Virus record (IMG/VR): IMGVR_UViG_3300037510_000012
Span: 21,267-85,266 of that record
Source: a virus
Lineage: Duplodnaviria; Heunggongvirae; Uroviricota; Caudoviricetes
Length of the DNA: 64,000 nt
Strand: one strand, 5' to 3'
Shown one piece after another: positions 46,413 through 55,114 of this stretch. Each line of letters opens with the position of its first letter. Within the stretch, counting starts at the first letter, position 1. The notes under the pieces are model-generated. The model saw only the letters and a program-made list of their open reading frames with translations, had not been told where the DNA came from and searched no databases. Made by a program: the position numbers and the translations under genes.

Positions 46413-46484
46413 CCCTGGTTAGCTAATAGGTAAAGCAGCCGATTTATAGTCGGATATATATGGGTTCGAATCCCGTACCGGGGA
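46413..46484 (+). tRNA. tRNA-Ile(TAT)?
   Basis: Acceptor CCCTGGT/ACCGGGG; anticodon arm CCGA-TTTATAG-TCGG; T ATGGG-TTCGAAT-CCCGT. Confidence 0.55.
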
Positions 46485-46516
46485 CTTTTGACATTTAAGT
46501 ATACGGAAGTTATACT

Positions 46517-46951
46517 TTGATTATGTCCAGACTAGTGAACCTAGCTAAGGCTGTGTCAGAAAAGCCTACAGAGGCAATCGAGTACATCATTTCGATGGCA
46601 GTGTTCTTTGTAGGAATCTGGTTCCTAAGTCCTTTCTATAAGCCGTCTACGTCAGTTCAGTCACAGATTTGGGAAAGTACCCACATTCCTCAATATACTG
46701 GTGCTGTTCAGGCATTTCTAGCCGCGCTTCTATTCATTGCACTGGTCAGAAAGAATTGGGTGAGGAGGCAAGCGGTCCGTCGGCAGACAACGTTTGCCAT
46801 TTTTGTTCTTTACCTGTTTTATGGATTCTCTTCTACAATCATCCTTGGGATGGGGAGGGTTTCTTGGGTATCCACATTCGCAATTGCGCTAATCTCAGGT
46901 GTGGTGAACCTAAGGTTGAAGTGGGAGGAGGGTAATCATGCCGGAAATTAG
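46517..46951 (+). CDS. membrane protein (4 TM helices)
   Basis: Hydrophobic helices. Confidence 0.55.
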   Translation: MIMSRLVNLAKAVSEKPTEAIEYIISMAVFFVGIWFLSPFYKPSTSVQSQIWESTHIPQYTGAVQAFLAALLFIALVRKNWVRRQAVRRQTTFAIFVLYLFYGFSSTIILGMGRVSWVSTFAIALISGVVNLRLKWEEGNHAGN

Positions 46952-47237
46952 CCAGGCGTGGCTTGCCCTTATCGGGGCTGTTCTTGGTGGTTCAGGACTT
47001 AAGATTATCGAATATTGGCTAAACCGCTCGAAAGTGAGGGAAGATGCTGCTACGCAAATGCGTACTGAGCTTAGAGATGAAATCAAGTCTCTTCGTGAGG
47101 AATTGCGTACAGTTGAAGACGAACTAGACAAGTGGCGTGGCAAGTATTATGAACTAATGGATGAGTTCATGAAGGCCAAGGGCGACCTTGCAGAAGCCTT
47201 GCGTAAAGCACAAAGCAAGCCTAGTGAAGACTCTTGA
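46938..47237 (+). CDS. membrane-anchored coiled-coil protein
   Basis: N-terminal TM helix plus a coiled coil. Confidence 0.5.
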   Translation: MPEISQAWLALIGAVLGGSGLKIIEYWLNRSKVREDAATQMRTELRDEIKSLREELRTVEDELDKWRGKYYELMDEFMKAKGDLAEALRKAQSKPSEDS

Positions 47238-47320
47238 CCTAAGCTGCGAGCGAGCGGAGCGCTATATCTCCGCATTTTCTTTCTAAACGATTATGTAGTA
47301 GAATAGTTACTGATAAGGAG

Positions 47321-47611
47321 GTGCTAATTTTGGCATTTTACCAGGTAACATCATTCTATTATGATGAGACGACAGGAAACATTTTCATCCAGCTTGCAAA
47401 GGATGTAGACGTTTCATATACCCACCTACCAGAGGAGCAGCCACAGGACATTTTTGAAGCTCAGATTTTCCTAGATGGCGGAACAACCCTAGTTGGAAAG
47501 TATCGTCCATCAAGTGAAGATGGTACAGTTACAGGTGGTCACTACGGTCGTCAGGCGGGTGCATCACCAGACTCAGCAGTCGTTGCCCCACTTGAAGACG
47601 CTCCAGAGTGA
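47321..47611 (+). CDS. hypothetical protein
   Basis: RBS AAGGAGG. Confidence 0.5.
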   Translation: MLILAFYQVTSFYYDETTGNIFIQLAKDVDVSYTHLPEEQPQDIFEAQIFLDGGTTLVGKYRPSSEDGTVTGGHYGRQAGASPDSAVVAPLEDAPE

Positions 47612-47685
47612 GCTTGACAGACTCCTTGAAGGTCTGATAAGGTATTAAGTACAAGGTAAGGCAACCGCCAAAGAGTTGCCAACAT

Positions 47686-47761
47686 GCTCCGGTGGTCTAG
47701 TTCGGTCTAGGATACTGCACTCTCAATGCAGAGGTCACGGGTTCAAATCCCGTTCGGAGTA
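47686..47761 (+). tRNA. tRNA-Glu(CTC)
   Basis: Anticodon arm CTGCA-CTCTCAA-TGCAG; T ACGGG-TTCAAAT-CCCGT. Confidence 0.75.
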
Positions 47762-47922
47762 CAAGCATTGACAATCTAGTGTACTAGCGCTAGTATATAA
47801 AGAGAATCACGAAGTTGTCAGTGAATAGGTTGAGTAGCTACCATTACGAACGCTCAATAACCGCAGCGGATTTTCGGCCTTCAAATCCCGAGTTTACCGC
47901 TATAGAAAAGAAACCGGGACAT

Positions 47923-47997
47923 GCCCCGTTAGTCTAGCGGCCTAGGATTCCGGATTTTCACTCCGCGAGAACATCGGTTCGAATCCGATACGGGGTA
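47923..47997 (+). tRNA. tRNA-Glu(TTC)
   Basis: Acceptor GCCCCGT/ACGGGGT; anticodon arm CGGA-TTTTCAC-TCCG; T ATCGG-TTCGAAT-CCGAT. Confidence 0.75.
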
Positions 47998-47998
47998 C

Positions 47999-48193
47999 AT
48001 GGGACAAAAGGGAAAGACACCAAAGTATCACAGAGGTCAGAGAGTATATTCAAAGACCTGGGGGTGCAATGCTACGGTAGTTGCATCTGATAACACCAGG
48101 TCTTTCCAAACTGTTTTTTACATCATCAGACTTGATGGTGCTAAGCAAGACAGTTACAATATTCCGGAGCACCTACTTGCTCCACCAAGATAA
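47999..48193 (+). CDS. small KOW/SH3-like protein
   Basis: ORF track; starts 2 nt after a tRNA and has no RBS. Confidence 0.35.
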   Translation: MGQKGKTPKYHRGQRVYSKTWGCNATVVASDNTRSFQTVFYIIRLDGAKQDSYNIPEHLLAPPR

Positions 48194-48215
48194 AAACTAT
48201 GGGCTTCGGCCCTAT

Positions 48216-48286
48216 TCCGGTGTAGTCCAATGGTAGGACACCACTTTGCCAAAGTGGTAGCGCGAGTTCGATTCTCGTCACCGGGA
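48216..48286 (+). tRNA. tRNA-Gly(GCC)
   Basis: Anticodon arm CCACT-TTGCCAA-AGTGG; T GCGAG-TTCGATT-CTCGT. Confidence 0.8.
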
Positions 48287-48359
48287 CCATGAACAGGCAC
48301 ACCAGGTAATGCTGCACTGCCTGTCTCTTTTTGTCCGATTAACATAGTTAGGATTACAA

Positions 48360-48878
48360 ATGATTCAGCCTGGTATTCGTGTTCGAGTCCGTGACAACTA
48401 CGCTGGCGGACTTGACAACGTAGTGGGTCGTACTGGTAAGGTTCTTCGTGTCAGTCAGGATGGTCTTTACCTGCTTGACATTAAGGGTCGTCGTAAGGCT
48501 TCTTGGGGTGACTACACCTATGACCGTGAGGTTATTGTCAACGAGTCTGAAATTGAGACTGTAGACTTTGACCTGAAGGATGCCAAGGGTCGTAAGATTG
48601 AGCTTGGCGATGAGGTTGCCTATGGTCCTCTCGGTGGTGGTGTTATCATTGGAACGGTCGTTGACATTGACGAGCGTGAGGGTCGGTATGGTCGAAAGAC
48701 TGTGAAGTTCCGTCTTGAAACTAAGACGAAGGAGTTTTACACTGATGGTGGTGACCGTACGATTAGTGGTGCTAACGTTACTAGCTATCGCTGGTATGAG
48801 CACTCTGGTCGTTGTGTTGTCATCAGTAAGAATCCGATTAATGACAACGTATTTACAATTAAGGTTCCTACTTTCTGA
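48360..48878 (+). CDS. hypothetical protein (tandem SH3/KOW-like)
   Basis: ORF track. Confidence 0.55.
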   Translation: MIQPGIRVRVRDNYAGGLDNVVGRTGKVLRVSQDGLYLLDIKGRRKASWGDYTYDREVIVNESEIETVDFDLKDAKGRKIELGDEVAYGPLGGGVIIGTVVDIDEREGRYGRKTVKFRLETKTKEFYTDGGDRTISGANVTSYRWYEHSGRCVVISKNPINDNVFTIKVPTF

Positions 48879-49069
48879 TGGCTAAGAAGAAGCCGAAGCC
48901 AATTGGCTCAGGCAATTACACTGTTTGTAGAAAGTGCAGAGGCACTGGTCAGACATTCGATATCAAGAAGGCAAACAATCCAAAGGGTCAAGCGATTCTG
49001 TGGATTCCCTGCCCTGATTGTAAGGATGGTACCGGCCAGTCTAGAGGTTGGGTTGACGCAGAGCGTTGA
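48878..49069 (+). CDS. zinc-ribbon protein
   Basis: CRKCRGTG...CPDC. Confidence 0.45.
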   Translation: MAKKKPKPIGSGNYTVCRKCRGTGQTFDIKKANNPKGQAILWIPCPDCKDGTGQSRGWVDAER

Positions 49070-49081
49070 CATGTGTTAAGA
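49053..49081 (+). promoter_or_regulatory. promoter TTGACG-N17-TAAGAT
   Basis: GTGTTAAGATAGATACAT matches the -10 context at 37178. Confidence 0.45.
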
Positions 49082-49137
49082 TAGATACATCGGGTCGGAC
49101 GGTTGACAAATAATCCGACCTAACATACACTTAGAGT

Positions 49138-49587
49138 ATGAAAACGTGCTCTAAGTGTAAGCTTGAAAAGCCTCTTGAGGATTTTCCAAAGAAGGGTTTC
49201 GTAAAGGGTAAGCAAGTTTATCGTTCGGACTGTAAAGATTGTAAGTCCGAATTGGATAAGAAGGTTTATGCCAATACAGACCTAGAAAGACGAAGAATTC
49301 TACAGGCCGAAGCCACTAAGCGAAGGCTTGCTAATAACAGGAAATTGGTGTATGACTACCTGAAGAACCATCCATGTGTAGATTGTGGACAGGACAACAT
49401 CATTGTGCTAGAGTTTGACCACGTAAGAGGTGAGAAGACGCAAAGCATTTCAACAATGGTTGCTAGACATAGACCAGAGTCAGAAATCCTAGAGGAAATT
49501 GAGAAGTGCGATGTTCGATGTGCAAATTGCCATCGTATCGTAACGGCTCAACGTGGTGGTTGGAATGTACTTGACCACCTAGACTGA
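49138..49587 (+). CDS. HNH endonuclease
   Basis: CVDC...H...CANCH. Confidence 0.7.
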   Translation: MKTCSKCKLEKPLEDFPKKGFVKGKQVYRSDCKDCKSELDKKVYANTDLERRRILQAEATKRRLANNRKLVYDYLKNHPCVDCGQDNIIVLEFDHVRGEKTQSISTMVARHRPESEILEEIEKCDVRCANCHRIVTAQRGGWNVLDHLD

Positions 49588-49605
49588 ATGTGTTAAACTT
49601 GAATA

Positions 49606-49712
49606 TATCGGGTCGATTGGATAGGGTTATCTAACAATCAATTGGTGATGAGCCTTCGGGCAACCCTGCGGCGGGTATAGCCGCATCTCCCTTCCTCAAC
49701 ATATCCGATGTA
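49606..49712 (+). ncRNA. structured leader/sRNA unit U7, homologous to U1, immediately upstream of tRNA-Gly
   Basis: Shares TCGGGTCG-TTGGATAGGGTTATCTAAC at the 5' end and AACATATCCGA at the 3' end with the unit at 19857. Confidence 0.35.
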
Positions 49713-49715
49713 TTT

Positions 49716-49788
49716 GCGGGTGTAACTCAATTGGCAGAGTGCTAGCCTTCCAAGCTAGATGTTGCCGGTTCGACCCCGGTCACCCGCT
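49716..49788 (+). tRNA. tRNA-Gly(TCC)
   Basis: Acceptor GCGGGTG/CACCCGC 7/7; anticodon arm CTAGC-CTTCCAA-GCTAG; T GCCGG-TTCGACC-CCGGT. Confidence 0.85.
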
Positions 49789-49795
49789 CGAAACA

Positions 49796-49835
49796 AATGC
49801 CCCGCTGGTAAATAACTGGCGGGGATTTGTTGTTT
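49796..49835 (+). terminator. terminator-like hairpin after tRNA-Gly (same family as 26908)
   Basis: AAATGCCCCGCTGGTAAATAACTGGCGGGGATTT followed by GTTGTTTCT. Confidence 0.45.
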
Positions 49836-49853
49836 CTATGGTAAGATGGAGTC

Positions 49854-50051
49854 ATGGAAGAAATCGTATCCTACAGTTTTGCTGTAGACATTTACAAGAA
49901 TGAGTCTGGAACGTACACTTATGGTGTGTTCCAAGAGATTGAATCTGATGAAGAGGACGAACTACAGTTGCTTGAGTCTGGTGAGACTGATACACTAGCT
50001 GAAGCGGCAGAGGTTGCGGGCCGAAGCATCAAGACACTGTTCACTGTTTGA
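49854..50051 (+). CDS. hypothetical acidic protein
   Basis: ORF track. Confidence 0.45.
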   Translation: MEEIVSYSFAVDIYKNESGTYTYGVFQEIESDEEDELQLLESGETDTLAEAAEVAGRSIKTLFTV

Positions 50052-50071
50052 CTATGGCCCGAAAGGGTCAA

Positions 50072-50143
50072 TCCCCCTTAGTGTAATTGGCAGCACAACG
50101 GATTTTGGTTCCGTTAGTTCGAGTTCGAGTCTCGCCGGGGGAG
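50072..50143 (+). tRNA. tRNA-Gln(TTG)
   Basis: Anticodon arm ACGGA-TTTTGGT-TCCGT; T (T)CGAG-TTCGAGT-CTCG(C); acceptor TCCCCCT/CGGGGGA 6/7. Confidence 0.6.
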
Positions 50144-50164
50144 CTTCCATCGTAAAAAGGAGAA

Positions 50165-50404
50165 ATGATGGTTATTGCAGCAACTGTTATTTGGATTGTC
50201 GGATTTCTCTTCCTCCTGATTTTCGGAGGTGTGGTGATTGTTGATTCAGAGATTCATCATGAAGAGCCTTTCGAACAGTATTATGAGTCATGGGGTGGAG
50301 TCAGATTCTACTCCGTTGTATTCCTTGCGCTGCTCATTGCAACGTCTGTCTGGCCTATCACTCTGCTCACTATCTACATCGTAGCTCTTATTAGGAAGTG
50401 GTAA
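50165..50404 (+). CDS. small membrane protein
   Basis: Two TM helices; RBS AAAGGAGAAATG. Confidence 0.5.
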   Translation: MMVIAATVIWIVGFLFLLIFGGVVIVDSEIHHEEPFEQYYESWGGVRFYSVVFLALLIATSVWPITLLTIYIVALIRKW

Positions 50405-50405
50405 G

Positions 50406-50621
50406 ATGATTTTCCTGTGGATTTATTTGGCCGGGTTGACTGTCTGCATCATTGGTGGTACGGTTACAGCACTGTACGAGAAGCGCAAGTTCGGTGAAGA
50501 CAAGGTATCAGCTACCGCATGGGGTTCTATCGTCCTGTATTCTTTTTGGTGGCCATTCATCATGCTTCTCAATCTTATCTGCCTCCCCTTCGACATTCTT
50601 GAGAAGAGGCGGGGTCAGTAA
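50406..50621 (+). CDS. small membrane protein
   Basis: Two TM helices. Confidence 0.5.
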   Translation: MIFLWIYLAGLTVCIIGGTVTALYEKRKFGEDKVSATAWGSIVLYSFWWPFIMLLNLICLPFDILEKRRGQ

Positions 50622-50627
50622 GATATC

Positions 50628-50648
50628 GGGGGTTCGCCCCCAAGCTTC
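50628..50648 (+). repeat. hairpin-CAAGCTT element, GGTTCG-loop subtype
   Basis: GGGGGTTCGCCCCC-AAGCTT; related copies at 36006-36029, 37495-37519 and 43446-43465. Confidence 0.8.
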
Positions 50649-50668
50649 CATTACAAAAGGAGAAGATA

Positions 50669-51124
50669 ATGGATATTCTGTTCTGGATTTGGGTAGTACC
50701 GGCCGGATTCTTCACTACAATTTTCCTGCTGGTTGCACTATTCGCTTCGTTGATTAACATTCAGACAGGCGCTGTTCTTGGCGGATTGGCAATTGGAATC
50801 TTTGGTCCGCCTGTTGCTGTCGCTCTTGGTGCTCTCTGGCCTGTTACTTGGCCTCTGTTTTCACTTCTTGGTAAGCTGGATGAAAAGCGAACCGAAAAGC
50901 GCAATCAGGAATATGAGAAGCAGCTTGCTAAGGGAAAGAACTATGGCAAGTTGATGAAGATTACCGAGAGCTATCCTCACCTTCCCGATGAGTACCTTGG
51001 TGCTATCGTAAAGGTCATTCAGTGGCATGAGCCTGGCAAGCACAATGCTTACGTTGAGTTTATTGACCAGAAGATTCGCCCTGGTCGATTCTATTGGCGA
51101 CACTCCATGATGGAGGAAGTCTGA
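50669..51124 (+). CDS. membrane protein
   Basis: After hairpin-AAGCTT; RBS AAAGGAGAAG. Confidence 0.55.
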   Translation: MDILFWIWVVPAGFFTTIFLLVALFASLINIQTGAVLGGLAIGIFGPPVAVALGALWPVTWPLFSLLGKLDEKRTEKRNQEYEKQLAKGKNYGKLMKITESYPHLPDEYLGAIVKVIQWHEPGKHNAYVEFIDQKIRPGRFYWRHSMMEEV

Positions 51125-51167
51125 TAGAATGGGACTTCGGTCCCAAGCTTCCCGAAAGGAGATTGTT

Positions 51168-51467
51168 ATGGGATGGGTGTTGGTCGTTGCTATCCTGGCT
51201 GCGCTATGGTACCGTAGCAATTACAAGGGTGCCATGAAGATGTACGAGCATGAGCGTGAACTGAGTAAGCTTGCTAGTGGCGAAAACTACCGTCGTCTGG
51301 TAAGGTTCACTCATAACAACAGGAAGTACGAGGCTCGTATTCGTAGGTGGGATGTTCCTGAGTCAGACGAGAATGTTGCTGAACTTTGGTGCGTTGAAGG
51401 TTCCAATCCTGACGGATGGACACAGTTCTTTCTTTGGGATAAGGATGAACTGAAGTTCGTTGATTGA
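51168..51467 (+). CDS. membrane-anchored protein
   Basis: ATG after GAAAGGAG; the track ORF 51129 begins inside the hairpin motif. Confidence 0.5.
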   Translation: MGWVLVVAILAALWYRSNYKGAMKMYEHERELSKLASGENYRRLVRFTHNNRKYEARIRRWDVPESDENVAELWCVEGSNPDGWTQFFLWDKDELKFVD

Positions 51468-51517
51468 GAATCCGCCCGGTTTCGTAAACGGGCAAGCTTT
51501 AGTAATAAGGAGGAAGT

Positions 51518-51766
51518 ATGACCGCTTGGATTATGGGAATCTATTTCGTTGGTTTCGGCCTCTGTTTCCTGTTTCTGCTTGTTATGGCGGGAGTTGGCAA
51601 TAGTCCTGGCCTTGGCAGTTCACTTGGTTCTGAGGTAGTAACGTTCGTAATGCTCGGTTCCTTTCTGTGGCCTGTGCTTCTTGTAATTTCAATTATGGCT
51701 GGTGGCTGGTATGCCGTCAGGCGACTGCTTGGAAAGGAAAAGAATGGACTTCGTAACACTGCATGA
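51518..51766 (+). CDS. small membrane protein
   Basis: After hairpin-AAGCTT; RBS AAGGAGGAAG. Confidence 0.5.
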   Translation: MTAWIMGIYFVGFGLCFLFLLVMAGVGNSPGLGSSLGSEVVTFVMLGSFLWPVLLVISIMAGGWYAVRRLLGKEKNGLRNTA

Positions 51767-52358
51767 AATGATTCCTCGGGCAACCGGAGATAAACTTCAT
51801 GTGATGGAAATGAAGCCATATCCTAACATTACCCTCGCTATGCCGGGAAGGCATCAGAATGATACCGACCCTGTTGGCGGGGATTTTGTTGTTATGGTAG
51901 ATGATGTAAATATGGGTTGGGTAAAGCATCAGTTTACTCATGGCGACCTTTGGGATGACCTTGAGAGCAAGTTGATTGCCGACCCTATGAGTGCTAAGAT
52001 GCTCATGCGTGATTACGCGATGGTCGTTCGTGGTGCTGCGCCTGAAGACACAGCATGGGACTTTGAGAACGGTTTGGTTCCTGAGGACCTAGATGAGCCT
52101 TGGGACAATACGCTGTTGCCTCAAACGTTTCTGTACGCCGTTCAGTGCCTAGCTGTGGCTGAGCATCGACGCTACTGGAAGCACGAACGAGACGGAGGCG
52201 GAAGGTACTTGCCAGCACGCTTCTCCATGGGTATCATAGAAGGCAGATGGAAGGCAGAAGACGCCAAGGCTTATCAGTATCGTGGTCGTCAAGGGCTTGA
52301 GAATCTGATTAAGGAGAAGGGCCGTCCGACTTCTCTGAAGAAGTTTGCTGAACAGTAA
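51744..52358 (+). CDS. hypothetical protein
   Basis: Internal ATG after GGAAAGGAAAAG. Confidence 0.5.
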   Translation: MDFVTLHEMIPRATGDKLHVMEMKPYPNITLAMPGRHQNDTDPVGGDFVVMVDDVNMGWVKHQFTHGDLWDDLESKLIADPMSAKMLMRDYAMVVRGAAPEDTAWDFENGLVPEDLDEPWDNTLLPQTFLYAVQCLAVAEHRRYWKHERDGGGRYLPARFSMGIIEGRWKAEDAKAYQYRGRQGLENLIKEKGRPTSLKKFAEQ

Positions 52359-52404
52359 ATTTCGTGGGGTTTCGTAAAGAAGCCCCAAGCTGTATACTAG
52401 ACAC

Positions 52405-52674
52405 ATGGATGAAATTTGTGAGGAACTAGCGCACTGGTTTCTAGTGCATGATTACAAGTGGAAGTTTGATTACGGCCATGGCAATCCCGATGAAAAGGAT
52501 ATTGCAGCAGTAATCAAAAAGGCAATGCAACTGCTTAGTGTTGAAGAAACAGATACCAGACTTGAGGTTGGTAGGCTAATCTTCATGAAGAATGCTGAGC
52601 TTGGTCTAGTAGACATTTATGTTCACGCTGGGACTATTGAGGAGAATTCACTAAATGAGGACAGCAACGTTTGA
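52405..52674 (+). CDS. hypothetical protein
   Basis: After hairpin-AAGCTG. Confidence 0.5.
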   Translation: MDEICEELAHWFLVHDYKWKFDYGHGNPDEKDIAAVIKKAMQLLSVEETDTRLEVGRLIFMKNAELGLVDIYVHAGTIEENSLNEDSNV

Positions 52675-53077
52675 CTACACTGAGATGGCCGTAGTTGACA
52701 GCAGCTTTATCGACGCTGTTTACTACAACGACAAGAGCAGTGAGCTTGCCGTTTCAATGCTGAATGGCGACACGCATTTCTATGCGGATGTGCCTGCACG
52801 CGTTTTCTACAGCATGGTTGACGGTTCTTCCGCTGGTGCTGCCTATAACCGAGAGGTTAAGGACCAGTACACAAACATTGCGGGCGGACCTGTTCATGAG
52901 GTACAGTTTGTTGAGCACGAGGTTGGTGTAACCAAGCGCTTCAACGTAAAGGCTGTGGTAGTATTTCAGCAGTGGTTTGACGCTGAATCTGCTGCGGACG
53001 CTGCCAAGCAGATGGAGAAGTACATGGCTCCGAACTATGGCAACGTATCAATCACGGAGGTTAAGGAAGTTGGGTGA
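52655..53077 (+). CDS. hypothetical protein
   Basis: ORF track. Confidence 0.5.
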   Translation: MRTATFDYTEMAVVDSSFIDAVYYNDKSSELAVSMLNGDTHFYADVPARVFYSMVDGSSAGAAYNREVKDQYTNIAGGPVHEVQFVEHEVGVTKRFNVKAVVVFQQWFDAESAADAAKQMEKYMAPNYGNVSITEVKEVG

Positions 53078-53381
53078 GGTTCGTAAGGTCCGTACACTAA
53101 CGGAACTTCACGAAATTATGAACGACAATGATAAGGTCGTTCTTGACTTGGCTGCACCGTCATGGTGTGTTCCTTGTCAGAGGCTTGAGCCTCATTTTAA
53201 GAAGGCTGCTGAAAAGTCGGAGGCTGCGTTCGTTCAGGTAGATATTGAGGATGCCGAACAGGATATTCTCAACACCTATCCGACACAAAGTGTTCCAACG
53301 GTTCTTCTCTTGCAGAAGGGTGAGCCAACTGCTACGCTTAAGGGACGTACTTCGGTAGCACTTCTTAAGGAGATTGGGTAA
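53070..53381 (+). CDS. trx: thioredoxin
   Basis: WCVPC active site about 31 aa from a TTG start that follows GGAGG. Confidence 0.65.
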   Translation: MGEVRKVRTLTELHEIMNDNDKVVLDLAAPSWCVPCQRLEPHFKKAAEKSEAAFVQVDIEDAEQDILNTYPTQSVPTVLLLQKGEPTATLKGRTSVALLKEIG

Positions 53382-53388
53382 ATCTCGC

Positions 53389-53417
53389 GGGGGTTTCGTA
53401 AAGAGACCCCCAAGCTT
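53389..53417 (+). repeat. hairpin-CAAGCTT element, TTTCGTAAAGA-loop subtype
   Basis: GGGGG-TTTCGTAAAGAGA-CCCCC-AAGCTT; similar copies at 52366-52392, 56028-56059, 51474-51499 and 58674-58697. Confidence 0.8.
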
Positions 53418-53432
53418 CTCAACAAAGGAGAA

Positions 53433-53690
53433 ATGATGCTGAGCGATATTGACCTTCCTGAACTTCCTTCTGGATATCGATGGAAGTTTTATAGGAGCAA
53501 GGCAAGTGGGAGCGATATCTTGGCTATCCAGAAGCGCTGGCTTGGTGTTTGGTATAGCGAAGAAATCTCATTCCCTAGTATTTATAAGTCATATGGTGAT
53601 AGTAATGAGAAGGCTATTAAGAAGGCTGCACAGTCAGCTTTCAGACGATTCAATCAGGACTTCTCTCGATACTATGGTACTAAGCCGTAA
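53433..53690 (+). CDS. hypothetical protein
   Basis: After hairpin-AAGCTT; RBS AAAGGAG. Confidence 0.5.
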   Translation: MMLSDIDLPELPSGYRWKFYRSKASGSDILAIQKRWLGVWYSEEISFPSIYKSYGDSNEKAIKKAAQSAFRRFNQDFSRYYGTKP

Positions 53691-53708
53691 TTCTATAAAG
53701 GAGACATA

Positions 53709-53873
53709 GTGGCTAACATTGGTGGTGCTTCCCCTAAGAATCTGATTATGCGGGCAGAGTTGATGATTGATAGCCTGCCTGACTATAATGCAGACCTTAA
53801 GGCTGAAAAGGCTGAGTTGCTTCTTCGTCTTGCTGAGGCTAAGATGGAGTTCCTGAAGCAACCCGAGGAGTAA
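53709..53873 (+). CDS. small hypothetical protein (54 aa)
   Basis: GTG after AAAGGAG. Confidence 0.4.
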   Translation: MANIGGASPKNLIMRAELMIDSLPDYNADLKAEKAELLLRLAEAKMEFLKQPEE

Positions 53874-53932
53874 CACAATGGGCCGAAAGGCCCAAGCTTT
53901 CCTACTAACATACACAGAAAAGGAATAGGAAA

Positions 53933-54169
53933 ATGACTAACATTACCCCTGAGCAGGAGCAGCAGAGCCGCGATTTCGTTAAGGTTGCTGCGCTTGCAGC
54001 GGTTCACATTCAGGCAGTGAATGAGGCCGTGAAGTTGGGTGACATGGACCTTCTTCAGGGAAGCCTTGACTTCGGTAACGAGGTTTCCACCACGATTCTT
54101 TCTCAGATTCCTGAGGAGATTCGTATGGAGGTTCTGCTTGAGCTGCTTGGTTCCGCTCTGAGCATCTGA
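53933..54169 (+). CDS. hypothetical protein
   Basis: After hairpin-AAGCTT. Confidence 0.5.
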   Translation: MTNITPEQEQQSRDFVKVAALAAVHIQAVNEAVKLGDMDLLQGSLDFGNEVSTTILSQIPEEIRMEVLLELLGSALSI

Positions 54170-54183
54170 TATTGCAGTACAAT

Positions 54184-54214
54184 TGGGCTAGGGGAGAAAT
54201 CCCCTAGCCTTTTT
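54184..54214 (+). terminator. rho-independent terminator
   Basis: GGGCTAGGGGAGAAATCCCCTAGCC followed by TTTTTG. Confidence 0.75.
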
Positions 54215-54232
54215 GTATTGGAGGAAGCTTGT

Positions 54233-54457
54233 ATGTCCATTGAGAGATGGGAAAATGAAGGAGGATTTATCCAGATGACTCATTCATATTTTGACAGAAT
54301 GGGTTTTGAGGAAACACACGAAGGCAGTCAGACAGACTGTCCAACCAAGCAGTGTCGTAAGGAACGCGCCTACTACCGCAGGATTCCAGCGATGGACCCG
54401 TGGCCTGATGGTTCCGGGCCATACGGCACCGACCCATGGATGCAGGAGGGTATCTAA
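54233..54457 (+). CDS. hypothetical protein
   Basis: Internal ATG after GGAGG; follows the terminator at 54184-54214. Confidence 0.5.
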   Translation: MSIERWENEGGFIQMTHSYFDRMGFEETHEGSQTDCPTKQCRKERAYYRRIPAMDPWPDGSGPYGTDPWMQEGI

Positions 54458-54461
54458 ACAA

Positions 54462-54956
54462 ATGCACGTCGTACCAAAATTTGAAGGTGACCACTTCTTC
54501 CTGTCTAACTTTTACGAGGCTCCCATACGTTTTGTGATGGGTGATGAGATGGTGGTCATGGCTACTGGGGAGCACGCTTTCCAGGCTGCCAAGGGCAACG
54601 CCATCCTTGACAAGGCAGAGAAGATGAGATACGTTCTTTCTGTTGCCGATGCCCCAACACCTGCCAAGGCAAAGTACCTTGGTCGTTCAGTCAAGATAGA
54701 CCTTGACTGGTGGGAACGCATCAAGGTAGACTGTATGCGCGAAATTGTATTCCAGAAGTTTTTGCAGAACCCTGAGCTGAGAGTTAAGCTCTTGAATACA
54801 GGTGATGCTATGCTTGTGGAAGGAAATACCTGGGATGATAAATTCTGGGGGCGAGTAGATGGCAAGGGCTATAATAAGCTTGGTGTCATTTTGATGGAAG
54901 TGCGCGGATACTGGTATTGGCAGACACGTAGAAACAATCCGGAGATGGGGTCATGA
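54462..54956 (+). CDS. NADAR/YbiA-family protein (ADP-ribose N-glycosidase superfamily)
   Basis: FFLSNFY...EHAFQAAK and WGRVDGKGYNKLGVILMEVR match E. coli YbiA FSNFA...EHYFQAQK and WGDGGHGKGKNRLGYLLMELR. Confidence 0.75.
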   Translation: MHVVPKFEGDHFFLSNFYEAPIRFVMGDEMVVMATGEHAFQAAKGNAILDKAEKMRYVLSVADAPTPAKAKYLGRSVKIDLDWWERIKVDCMREIVFQKFLQNPELRVKLLNTGDAMLVEGNTWDDKFWGRVDGKGYNKLGVILMEVRGYWYWQTRRNNPEMGS

Positions 54957-55114
54957 GCGATAGACAGCCCAATTTTGCCGTGCGAGATGAAGTGGTGTAT
55001 CTAGGAATGCTGGGTATCGTAAAGCGAGTTCTTCCTGGCAGGGGTATAAGGTATGTCGTGGAATTCGAGCATGGTAGGCAGACAATTCCCGAAGGAAAGT
55101 TGAAGAGAGCGTGA
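54953..55114 (+). CDS. small KOW/SH3-like protein (53 aa)
   Basis: ATGA overlap with the upstream stop; RBS GGAG. Confidence 0.4.
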   Translation: MSDRQPNFAVRDEVVYLGMLGIVKRVLPGRGIRYVVEFEHGRQTIPEGKLKRA

